Of a stretch of 16,545 nt of DNA, positions 8,079-16,169 are shown piece by piece. Made by a program: the position numbers and the translations under genes. Position 1 is the stretch's first letter; every line of letters starts with the position of its first letter. The stretch is from contig JASLZZ010000088.1 in assembly GCA_030754595.1 (NCBI GenBank), positions 1-16,545 on the forward strand, written 5' to 3'. Below the pieces are notes generated by a model, which saw only the letters and a program-made list of their open reading frames with translations, was not told the origin of the DNA and ran no database searches. Source of the stretch: Nitrospinota bacterium (lineage in GTDB: Bacteria > UBA8248).

Positions 8079-9496
8079 CCTGGAGGCGCTCCCCCTTGCT
8101 CCGGTGCGGGCGGGGGCGGAAGCTTTCGCTTCTCCCCGGGAGGCGGGTCCCCCGGATCGCCCGGTATGGGATTTCCCGCCATGTAGCCCGCCACCTGCAC
8201 GGGCCGGTCTTCTTCCTGGTAGGCGGCGGCGAGGCACTCTTCCAACTCGGCGGAGGTTTTGGGGCTGTCCGCCATTCCCGCCGCCGCGCAGGAGGCCTCC
8301 TTCCAGGGTTGATACTGGAGAAGACCGGGAGCCGTTCCGCTGCGGCGGCCGCCCTCGGGAACGCGCCTCCGCTGCCGCCGCGCGAGTATCTGAAGAATGT
8401 TCCAGGCGCGTTTGTTCTCCCGGATCGGCATCGTTTCGATCTGACCGCTCCCCTCGAACTCCCGCCATATTTCCTCGGCCTTCCGGGTTCGAAGAACCAC
8501 GATGGTCCAGCCCCGCGTGCCCGCCCCGCCGCAGGAGATGTCGGCGAGTTCGGCCGAAAAATCGCCGCAGTGGCTGCACTCGGGCCGCTGGTAGTTCTCC
8601 ATCGCTTCCTGGAGTGGGAGGGTCTCCATCTCACCGTCTTTTTTATAGATGAGGACATCGCCCTTTACGTTGAACTTGGTCACCTCGGTGAGAGGAATCC
8701 CCATTTCCTTTTCGATCTTTTCGGTCATCAACTCGGGCCTGAACACCTCGGTGCAGAAAAGACCGATCTGGAGCGCCACCCTGTCCTGATAGCCGCGCAG
8801 AAACCCTCGTTGTTTCTCGATATGCTGGGGCCGTTTTTTGTGACTGAGCAGAAACGAGGGGTCGATCAGCTCCATTTTGCGGAGCGGGGTGATCTGACAG
8901 GGAACGCCGACGAAGGCGACTTTGCCGAGGTCTTTCTCCTCGGCTTCCCAGAGCGCGAGGTTGTTCGGGCAGTAGGTGTACCAGCTTCCGGCGCTCCCAC
9001 TGGTTTCCGACTCGGTGGTGGCCAGCTTCGGGCTCGGGAAGCAGGGCGGGTCGTCCTCGCCGACCGCCGAGACGGCGGCGCCGTCGATTCGCCCGCTCTC
9101 CAGCGCCCACGAGAGGAGGGCGGTGACGATTCCCCCGTCCTGCGCCCGCTCCATGATGTCCTCGCGCCGGGTTCGCGCAACGAAAACGTGCCGGTAAACT
9201 CCGAAAATCCCCTCCCAGGGGCGCTGGTCCCCGAAATGGGCGTCCCGCAGATGAATCTCCCGCGGCCACAACCTCGGGCAAGCCGAGGCGCAGACATCGC
9301 AGCCGATCCCCTCGCTGATTCCGCAAAAATCGAACGCGGCGGTCTTCTTGGCCGTCTGCTTCGGGTAGCCGTCCACGTATTCGATGACGTTGTGAGGGCA
9401 CACCAGAACGCAGATGCCGCATTGGCAGCAACTTCCCGCCTCGACCACATCGTTCATCATGTCCTTGAACAGGGGATGAAAAAAAATGTCGCTCAC
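8051..9496 (-). CDS. FrhB/FdhB-family F420-dependent oxidoreductase subunit with N-terminal 2x[4Fe-4S] ferredoxin domain (FpoF/FqoF-like)
   Basis: CCQCGICVLVCP and C-x7-CDVCASACP cluster motifs. FrhB motifs AQDGGIVTALL, GSWYT, VGVPCQ, IGLFC and CSHCGDFSAELADISCG. GTG start preceded by GAGGT. Confidence 0.9.
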   Translation of the reverse strand: MSDIFFHPLFKDMMNDVVEAGSCCQCGICVLVCPHNVIEYVDGYPKQTAKKTAAFDFCGISEGIGCDVCASACPRLWPREIHLRDAHFGDQRPWEGIFGVYRHVFVARTRREDIMERAQDGGIVTALLSWALESGRIDGAAVSAVGEDDPPCFPSPKLATTESETSGSAGSWYTYCPNNLALWEAEEKDLGKVAFVGVPCQITPLRKMELIDPSFLLSHKKRPQHIEKQRGFLRGYQDRVALQIGLFCTEVFRPELMTEKIEKEMGIPLTEVTKFNVKGDVLIYKKDGEMETLPLQEAMENYQRPECSHCGDFSAELADISCGGAGTRGWTIVVLRTRKAEEIWREFEGSGQIETMPIRENKRAWNILQILARRQRRRVPEGGRRSGTAPGLLQYQPWKEASCAAAGMADSPKTSAELEECLAAAYQEEDRPVQVAGYMAGNPIPGDPGDPPPGEKRKLPPPPAPEQGGAPPGWTPDRTPE

Positions 9497-9516
9497 CGCT
9501 ACCTCGGGCAGGAAAA

Positions 9517-10740
9517 TCAGATTTTCGAGGGAAGGCCCAGGGAGAGCAGCTTCTCGCCTCCGGAGGCGCCGTCCCCGAGCATCGCATCGTCTCCGGGCCG
9601 GGGGGGGCGGTAGCGCGGATCGTCCTCGGGGATGCGCTCGTAGGTCGTCGAACGCTGCACCGGAACGCGGCCGGCGGCGGCGATGGCTTCCCGGAATTGC
9701 CCGACGGTCAGGGCCTGGCCGTACTCGCCCCCAGACTCCCGCGTGATGTTCTCCTCGATCAAGGTGCCGCCCATGTCGTTGACGCCGAGCGACAGCGCTT
9801 TTTTCGCGGCGGCGATTCCGATTTTGGGCCAGGCCACCTGGATGTTCTTGATGTGGTCCTTGAAAAAGAGGCGCCCCACGGCGTGGATGCGGAAGATATA
9901 GTCGAGGTCCGCCACATCCGAGATGTCGAATTCGGCGCCCATCTCATTGTCGTAGGGAATGAACGGCAGGGGGACGAACTCGGTGATGCGCCCGCCGCTG
10001 TCGGGCGGGGCCTCCTCCTGGATGGCGCGGAGGATTCCCATGTGTTCGGCCACGTCGGCCGGCGACTCGATGTGTCCGTACATGATGGTCGAGGTAGTGG
10101 GGATTCCGACCGCGTGCGCCGTGCGGATGATCTCGCACCAGCGCTCCACCGGGATGCGCATCGGGCTGATCATTTTCTTCACGCGCTCGACGAGGATTTC
10201 GGCGGCTGTTCCGGGTATCGAGCCCAGGCCCGCCTCCTTGAGCCTCTTGAGAATCACCTCGAGGGGAAGGCGGGTCTTGCGCTGGATATGATCGATCTCG
10301 GCCGGCGAGTAAGCGTGCATATGGACGCCGGGGATTTCCTCCCGCGCCAGCCGCAGGACTTCCTCGTAGCGGTCGAGCGATATGGCGGGGTTGAGGCCCC
10401 CCTGCATGCAGATTTCGGTGACTCCGAATTCCCTGGCGCGGGCGAATTTCCCGCGCAGGACATCGTCGTCGTGCGTGTAGGCGTCCGGGTCCTTGGGCCG
10501 GCGGTAGAAGCCGCAATACTTACAGTCCGTGTAGCAGACGTTCGTGAAGTTGACGTTGGCGTTGACGATGTAGCTCACCTCGTCGCCGACGGCGGTTTTC
10601 CGCTCGGCGTCGGCGAGGGCGTTGAGCCGATCGTTGGCTCCGGTGGAGGGATCTTCGATCAGCGCACCGGCGCTGGAAACCGAAAGGGGCTCCCCGGCTT
10701 CGAGGGCGTCGAGGATTTCTGCCGTGGAGGGAGAGGTCAT
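9517..10740 (-). CDS. cofH: FO synthase subunit CofH (radical SAM, tyrosine lyase)
   Basis: NVNFTNVCYTDCKYCGF (CX3CX2C), MQGGLNP, HAYSPAE, SIPGTAAEIL, TSTIMYGHIE, EFVPLPF and NDMGGTLIEENITR. ATG 10740 has a GGAG RBS and overlaps the cofG stop. Confidence 0.9.
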   Translation of the reverse strand: MTSPSTAEILDALEAGEPLSVSSAGALIEDPSTGANDRLNALADAERKTAVGDEVSYIVNANVNFTNVCYTDCKYCGFYRRPKDPDAYTHDDDVLRGKFARAREFGVTEICMQGGLNPAISLDRYEEVLRLAREEIPGVHMHAYSPAEIDHIQRKTRLPLEVILKRLKEAGLGSIPGTAAEILVERVKKMISPMRIPVERWCEIIRTAHAVGIPTTSTIMYGHIESPADVAEHMGILRAIQEEAPPDSGGRITEFVPLPFIPYDNEMGAEFDISDVADLDYIFRIHAVGRLFFKDHIKNIQVAWPKIGIAAAKKALSLGVNDMGGTLIEENITRESGGEYGQALTVGQFREAIAAAGRVPVQRSTTYERIPEDDPRYRPPRPGDDAMLGDGASGGEKLLSLGLPSKI

Positions 10741-11738
10741 GTCGTCTCCAGCGCGCCGGCGCAGGCTTCGGCGCGGCGGGCGAGTTGAGCGTCGAGCGCG
10801 GCGGCGGCCGGGCCGGGACACCAGTCCGCCTCGATGAATTCGTCGTAGATCGGCATGCGCGGCCGGAGCGTCATTTCGCTCTGGGCCAGCCGCTCGCCGA
10901 GTGCGCCCAGTTTCGGCCACGGCCGGTCGGGGTTGATGTAGTCGGGCTCGTGGGCGACGCCGCCGATATCGTCCGCCCCGGCGGCGAGAAGCGCGGGAAG
11001 GTCGTCCACCAGATTCGGCGGCACCTGGACGTGGACGCCGGGCATGAGACGGCGGACCTCGGGAATGAGCTCGGCGATCTCCTCGTCCCCGGGCCTCGTC
11101 CACCGGGCCATCGGGGTTTCCTCCTGGGGATTGAGCGGCTGGAGGATGATCTCCTGGACATGGCCGTGGCGGGCGTGGCTCTCGGCGATGGCCTCGAGCG
11201 CCCGGACACGCTCGCCGGGGCTCTCGCCGATGCCGATGAGGATTCCCGTCGTGAAGGCGATGCCGATGCGGCCGGCGGCCTCGAGGCTGGCGAGGCGGAG
11301 TTCGGGGGTTTTTGTCGGCGCCGAGCGGTGGGCGATGCGGGTGGCCTCTGGGCTGACGGTCTCGACCATCATGCCCATGCTCACGTTATAGGGTTTGAGG
11401 AGTTCGAGTTCCCACTCCTCGAGGGTGCCGATGTTGGTGTGGGGGAGGAGGCCCATATCGAGGTAGCGGCGGCAGATCTCGGCGATGTAGGCGGCGTAGG
11501 AGCCGAAGCCCCAGCCGGCGAGCTGGTCGCGGAGACCGCGGTGGCGATCGATTCCCTCACCGGTCATGATCAGGGCCTCGACGGCGCCCTCCTCGAGGGC
11601 CGCCCGGCCGATCCGCTCGCACTCATCGAGGGACGCCATGATCGGCGCGTCGCTCCTGAAGCTGCAGTAGCCGCACCGGTTCACGCACCACAGTGTCGTC
11701 GCCAGCGTGAAGTTCGCGGTATAGGTAATGGTTCGCAG
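10737..11738 (-). CDS. cofG: FO synthase subunit CofG (radical SAM)
   Basis: The in-frame extension upstream of the ORF-track start gives ITYTANFTLATTLWCVNRCGYCSF (CX3CX2C), followed by LPHTNIG, NVSMGMMVET, FTTGILIGIGE, HVQEIILQ, QVPPNL, DDIGGV and DYINPDRPWP. The start codon is uncertain; CTG at 11738 is proposed. Confidence 0.9.
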   Translation of the reverse strand: MRTITYTANFTLATTLWCVNRCGYCSFRSDAPIMASLDECERIGRAALEEGAVEALIMTGEGIDRHRGLRDQLAGWGFGSYAAYIAEICRRYLDMGLLPHTNIGTLEEWELELLKPYNVSMGMMVETVSPEATRIAHRSAPTKTPELRLASLEAAGRIGIAFTTGILIGIGESPGERVRALEAIAESHARHGHVQEIILQPLNPQEETPMARWTRPGDEEIAELIPEVRRLMPGVHVQVPPNLVDDLPALLAAGADDIGGVAHEPDYINPDRPWPKLGALGERLAQSEMTLRPRMPIYDEFIEADWCPGPAAAALDAQLARRAEACAGALETT

Positions 11739-11826
11739 GGCCCCGCCCTTTCCCCCGAAATTTTTGATGACGATAGGTCTTTTTCCGCTCTCATCCTATC
11801 CGGTTATCATCCGGGACGGAAGCCGC

Positions 11827-13017
11827 CTAGATCACGCCGCTCTCCCTCAGGGCGGCGATCCGCTCTCCCGGCTCGCCCAGGAGGTCTCCCAAGATCTCTC
11901 CGGTGTGCTCGCCGAGTATCGGCGGGGGCAGCTTCACTTCCCCCGGCGTGTCCGAGAGCTTGACCGGGATTCCCATCATCCGGAGCGTGCCCGTCTTGGC
12001 GTGCTCCATTTCGATGACCATCTCCCGGTGGAGGACCTGTGGGTCCGAGGCGACCTCGCCGATGTTCTTTACCGGCCCGCAGGGGACCCCCGCCCCGGAA
12101 ACGATTTCCCCCCATTCTGCGCGGGTCTTTTCCGCGAGGATTTTGTCGATCTCCGCCTCGAGTTCTTCGCGCCCCTTCACCCGGTCGTCGTTCGTCTTCC
12201 ACCTCGGGTCGTCGGCCAGATCCGCCCGTCCGATGGCGCGGGCGAAGCGGTCCCACAGGCTGTCGTTGGCCGCCGCGACGATGAGCGCGCCGTCCGAGCA
12301 GGTGAAATCCCGGTAGGGGCAGATGCTCGGATGGCGGTTTCCCATCCGGCCCGGCGGGACTCCGGTCCCGAAGAAATTCCCGGCGGCGTGGCTCATGAGG
12401 GCGGCCTGGCCGTCCTGGATGGCCATGTCGATGAACTGGCCCCGCCCGGTTTTCTCCCGCGCGATCACGGCGAGGAGGATCCCCTGGATGGCGAACAGGG
12501 CCGTCGTCAGATCGGCGAGTGCGATCCCGGTCTTGCAGGAAATCCCGTCGGCCTCCCCGGTGATGCTCATCAGCCCGCCCTCGGCCTGGAGGAGAATGTC
12601 GTAGGCGGGGCGCTCCCGGTTCGGGCCCGTCTGGCCGTAGCCCGACACCGAGGCGTAGATCAGGCGTGGGTTGAGGGCGCTCATCTCCTCGTAGCCCAGG
12701 CCGAGGCGCTCGATAGCGCCGGGCCGGAAGTTTTGAAGGAAGATGTCGGATTTCTCCACGAGCTTGCGAAGGATTCGCTTCCCTTCCTCGGCCTTGAGGT
12801 CGAGCGTCAGGCTTTTTTTGTTTCGGTTGACCGACTGGAAGTAGGTGCTCTCGCCTCCATCGTAGAAGGGCGGCCAGCTCCGGGTGTCGTCCCCCCCCTT
12901 GGGATGTTCCACCTTAATAACCTCGGCGCCCATGTCGCCGAGCATCATCGTGCAAAAGGGCCCGGCCAGGATTCGCGAAAGGTCCAAAACTCTCAGGCCG
13001 TCGAGTGGTGCGGTCAT
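11827..13017 (-). CDS. Class III CoA transferase (CaiB/BaiF family)
   Basis: PLDGLRVLDLSRILAGP, GAEVIKVE, GDDTR, NRNKKS, NFRPG, SGYGQTGP, catalytic Asp region IALADL and PP.LGEHT. ATG 13017 follows a GAGG RBS. Confidence 0.94.
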   Translation of the reverse strand: MTAPLDGLRVLDLSRILAGPFCTMMLGDMGAEVIKVEHPKGGDDTRSWPPFYDGGESTYFQSVNRNKKSLTLDLKAEEGKRILRKLVEKSDIFLQNFRPGAIERLGLGYEEMSALNPRLIYASVSGYGQTGPNRERPAYDILLQAEGGLMSITGEADGISCKTGIALADLTTALFAIQGILLAVIAREKTGRGQFIDMAIQDGQAALMSHAAGNFFGTGVPPGRMGNRHPSICPYRDFTCSDGALIVAAANDSLWDRFARAIGRADLADDPRWKTNDDRVKGREELEAEIDKILAEKTRAEWGEIVSGAGVPCGPVKNIGEVASDPQVLHREMVIEMEHAKTGTLRMMGIPVKLSDTPGEVKLPPPILGEHTGEILGDLLGEPGERIAALRESGVI

Positions 13018-13074
13018 GCTTTCGTTCCTCATCGTGTGCGGTGGTTGCGGGGCCAGGGCGAAACTCTCCGGCTG

Positions 13075-13938
13075 CTAAGCGGCGCCGAGCACCTCGAGAA
13101 CTTTTCTTCGGACCAGCTCCGTGGGCATGTCGGTGCCGGTCCATAATTTCCAGGCGGACGCGCCCTGGTTGACGAACCAACCGATGCCGGTCACCGTCCG
13201 GGCCCCCCGGCGCTTCGCCGCCAGGAGAAACGCCGTGTCCACCGGGTTGTAAACGGCGTCGGTGCAGATGGCCCCCTCGGGGATGGCTTCCTCGGGAAGG
13301 GGGGTGGCCGCCTCGCGCTCGGGGTCGCCCCTCATTCCCTGGCTCGTGGTGTTGACTATGATCTCGCGGTCCGCTGCCGCTCCGGCCAGATCGCCGAGTC
13401 CGCCGCCCGAGACTTTCGCGCCGGGGATGTTCGTCTCGATGAATCGGGCGAGCGCCACGGCTTTTTCGGACGTCCGGTTTCGAATCTCGATGTGGGCGGC
13501 TCCGCTCTGGGCGAGTTTCACGCCCACCGCCCGGGCGGCCCCGCCGGCCCCGATCAGGAGGCACCGCTTCCCCTCGGGGGTTTCGCCGGTTTCCTCCTCG
13601 AGCGCGCGCGCACAGCCGATGCCGTCGGTGTTGTGGCCCGTCGTTTTTCCGCCCTCCCCGAAGGTGACCACGTTGACCGCTCCCATGACGCGGGCGTCCT
13701 CGCTCAACTCGTCCACGAGACCGTGGATGGCGATCTTGTGGGGGATCGTGATGCAGATTCCCCCAAACCCCATCGCCAGGGAGCCCCGGAAGGCCGCCTC
13801 GAAGTTTTCGGGGCGGACCTCGTAGGCCAGAAATCGGTAAGGCTCCCCCAGCGCCTCGGCCGCGGCATTGTGCATGACCGGAGACATGGTATGGCCCAGC
13901 GGATAGCCGAATATGGCGAGCGTCTTCTCGAGAGCCAA
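13075..13938 (-). CDS. aroE: Shikimate dehydrogenase (AroE family)
   Basis: GYPLGHTMSPVMHN, TIPHK, GAVN, GHNTDG.G, GAGGAARA, NRT, NTTS.GM and D.VYNP. TTG start at 13938 follows GAGGAGG. Confidence 0.9.
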   Translation of the reverse strand: MALEKTLAIFGYPLGHTMSPVMHNAAAEALGEPYRFLAYEVRPENFEAAFRGSLAMGFGGICITIPHKIAIHGLVDELSEDARVMGAVNVVTFGEGGKTTGHNTDGIGCARALEEETGETPEGKRCLLIGAGGAARAVGVKLAQSGAAHIEIRNRTSEKAVALARFIETNIPGAKVSGGGLGDLAGAAADREIIVNTTSQGMRGDPEREAATPLPEEAIPEGAICTDAVYNPVDTAFLLAAKRRGARTVTGIGWFVNQGASAWKLWTGTDMPTELVRRKVLEVLGAA

Positions 13939-14060
13939 GGGCGCCTCCTCTATCTGTCGTGGCGATTGCTCCGGGCGGCGCGGCTTTTGCGCACCGGGGA
14001 GATGCGTTAGATTACGGCTGTGAACCTGCTTCTGCAACACAACCAACGAATTTTTTATTG

Positions 14061-14094
14061 TCTCAACGGTCCTTTTATCTCAATAGTCCTTTTA
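14061..14094. repeat. 17-bp tandem direct repeat in a divergent intergenic region
   Basis: TCTCAACGGTCCTTTTA followed immediately by TCTCAATAGTCCTTTTA (15/17 identical), just upstream of the AGGAG RBS of the dehydrogenase. Confidence 0.8.
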
Positions 14095-14111
14095 TTTAGG
14101 AGAGCCTTCCG

Positions 14112-15239
14112 ATGTCTACAGTCCAGGCCGCCACGATGACCCAGCCCGGTGAAATCGCCCTGCGCGAGTACCCCAAACCCGAAGTGGGCGAGGACGCGCT
14201 TCTGTTAAAAGTATCGGCGGTCGGGGTATGCGGTTCGGACAAGCATATGTTCAACGGGAAAATGAATCTCTCATGGCCGGTGATACCGGGCCACGAGTTC
14301 AGCGGAGTCATCGAGTCCATCGGCCCCGAAGCGAACCGGTCGATGAAGGTGGTGGGCGGCCCGCTCAGAGAGGGGGACGCCATCACCGTCGTGCCGGGGA
14401 CCCAGGCGTGCGGAAAGTGCTGGTACTGCATCCACGTTCCCCACCGGCCCCAACTCTGTCCGAACCGCAGCGTGTTCGGTTTCAGGACCTCGGCCGAGGC
14501 GCCTCATCTCTTTGGGGCCTTCTCGGAGTATGTCTACGTACCGGGCGACGCCTTCGTCCTCAAGGTCCCCGAGGGCCTCTCGATGGAACGCGCGGCCATG
14601 ACCGAGCCGCTCGCGGTGGCCCAGCGCGCGGTCAGCCGCGCCCTCTCGCCGGGGGTGCCCTACGCGGGCGAGGGGTTTGGCGCGGGCTCCCGGTGCGCGG
14701 TGATGGGGGTGGGGCCGATCGGACTGTTCGTGGTGGCCTCGCTCCGGAACATGGGGGCGGGGGAGATCATCGCCGTCGATTTGTCGGAGGAGCGGCTCGT
14801 GTTTTCCCAAAAATTCGGGGCGACAAAAACGGTGAATCCCTCGGCGCTCTCCCGCGAGGAGCGAAAGGAGCGGGTGCTCTCGTGGACGGACGGGGTGGGT
14901 CCCGATGTCGTGGTCGAGGCGGCGGGCGTTCCTGCGCCCTTCGAGGAGGGGCTGGACCTGGTCCGCCGGGGGGGCAAGCTCATCGAGGTGGGCCACTACG
15001 GAGACCCGGGCGGGGTCGAGATCCGGCCCCACCAGGTCTGCAATAAGGATGTGGACATCCTCGGCTCCTGGGCCTATCCCCAGGTGCAATTCGAGGCAGC
15101 GCTGGACATGCTCTCGAGAACCGCGCTACCCATCGACGACATCATCACCCACCGGATGCCGCTCTCCCAGGTCCAGGCGGGCCTCGAGATTACCGGCACG
15201 GGGGACTGTCTGAAGGTCATCCTGGCCCCGGACGAGTAG
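14112..15239 (+). CDS. Zinc-dependent alcohol/polyol dehydrogenase (MDR superfamily)
   Basis: GVCGSD, GHE, structural Zn motif CGKCWYC...C, Rossmann GVGPIG with downstream Asp (VDL, suggesting NAD preference), and an AGGAG RBS. Confidence 0.93.
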   Translation: MSTVQAATMTQPGEIALREYPKPEVGEDALLLKVSAVGVCGSDKHMFNGKMNLSWPVIPGHEFSGVIESIGPEANRSMKVVGGPLREGDAITVVPGTQACGKCWYCIHVPHRPQLCPNRSVFGFRTSAEAPHLFGAFSEYVYVPGDAFVLKVPEGLSMERAAMTEPLAVAQRAVSRALSPGVPYAGEGFGAGSRCAVMGVGPIGLFVVASLRNMGAGEIIAVDLSEERLVFSQKFGATKTVNPSALSREERKERVLSWTDGVGPDVVVEAAGVPAPFEEGLDLVRRGGKLIEVGHYGDPGGVEIRPHQVCNKDVDILGSWAYPQVQFEAALDMLSRTALPIDDIITHRMPLSQVQAGLEITGTGDCLKVILAPDE

Positions 15240-15346
15240 CCGCCGCCCCCTTCGTTTTTCCCTTCCGGGCACCGAATCCGGCACGGGAAATGCGTATTTA
15301 ACCAGTATCCGTGTGGGCCCTCCCTTCTTGAACGGAGGGTGGTTCC

Positions 15347-15811
15347 ATGACGCGATTCAGTCCCAAAAAAATTATAGCGCCTGTCGATTTCTCCAAATTC
15401 AGCATCGATGCCCTCAGGGCCGCCCTGGATATCTCCGAGATCCGGGGGGCCAAAGTGACGGCTCTCCATGTCACCGAGGAGCCCTCGATGCCCGACACCT
15501 ATGGGCATTCCACTATGCTCCACGCGAACTGGCAGTTGATCCGCGAGCGGGTTTTCGAGGAGTCGAGGGCCGAACTGGAAGCCCTTACCCTCGAGGCGGG
15601 CGACAGCCAGGAGGTCAAATGCGAATCCATCATGGGCGATCCGACGAACGAAATCCTTCGAATGGCCAAGGATGGGAATTTCGATCTGATCGTGATGTCC
15701 ACCCACGGCCGGACGGAGCTCAACTGTCTTTTGATGGGCAGCGTGGCCGAACGCGTCATTCGTCACGCCCAGTGCCCGGTTTTGGTTGTTCGCGGAAACG
15801 GGAAAAGCTAA
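15347..15811 (+). CDS. Universal stress protein (UspA family)
   Basis: KIIAPVDFS, LHV, GDP..EI, DLIVMSTHGRT, GSVAERVIRHAQCPVLVV, and a GGAGG RBS. Confidence 0.94.
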   Translation: MTRFSPKKIIAPVDFSKFSIDALRAALDISEIRGAKVTALHVTEEPSMPDTYGHSTMLHANWQLIRERVFEESRAELEALTLEAGDSQEVKCESIMGDPTNEILRMAKDGNFDLIVMSTHGRTELNCLLMGSVAERVIRHAQCPVLVVRGNGKS

Positions 15812-16007
15812 AAAAATTGGCCGGGGAATCTTATGGGGGGAAGAGCGATTGGGACATTGTGGCCGATTCCTGCGGCCTTTTTGAGACAGGGTGGCGCCGT
15901 CCCAAAATACTCATTTGAAGGGCTACTATAAGCCGTTGATTAGTTAGGAGTTATATATCGGAAAATCTGGATGATTCGCCCGAAACCGTGGCGTAATCCT
16001 TGCACTT

Positions 16008-16046
16008 AGTTTGGGCATGAAGTTTGGGCATGAAGTTTGAGCAGAT
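16008..16046. repeat. 13-bp tandem repeat (2 perfect copies plus 1 degenerate)
   Basis: AGTTTGGGCATGA AGTTTGGGCATGA AGTTTGAGCAGAT. Confidence 0.85.
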
Positions 16047-16169
16047 TGAAAAGCAGTACCCGGAAATTGACGGATTCAGGATTTGGCGGGCGACACGTTG
16101 AGCGGGCTGCTGTAGACGGTGCCTGAGGGAGGGCCGACCCAACTTGATGTGCTGTCCGCCAATTAATTT

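Noticed and set aside
8051..9496. Calling the locus an F420-reducing hydrogenase or a sign of methanogenesis
   Set aside because: No NiFe large or small subunit, maturation genes or methanogenesis genes are present. The FrhB domain alone does not imply a hydrogenase.
9517..10740. MqnC/MqnE (futalosine menaquinone pathway) assignment for the radical SAM gene
   Set aside because: Same family as CofH, but it is coupled to a clear cofG and lies among cofC, cofD and cofE, with no mqnA/B/D in the window.
4990..11103. Extended ORF-track N-termini for cofE (5955), cofD (7578), nitroreductase (8579) and cofH (11103)
   Set aside because: The extensions are low-complexity or non-homologous and overlap the upstream genes. 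Internal ATGs with stop/start coupling or short gaps fit better.
8096..13146. Long plus-strand ORFs (8096..9613, 9697..10788, 10785..11963, 11728..13146) and other overlapping frames
   Set aside because: They are antisense or alternate-frame shadows of well-supported GC-rich genes and have no recognisable motifs.
16008..16046. CRISPR array
   Set aside because: The units are 13 bp, directly adjacent and without spacers, and there are no cas genes.
16117..16141. CGGTGCCTGAGGGAGGGCCGACCC loosely resembles the reverse complement of a tRNA 3' end
   Set aside because: There is no intact TTCGA T-loop or cloverleaf, so it is too degenerate to call a tRNA or att site.
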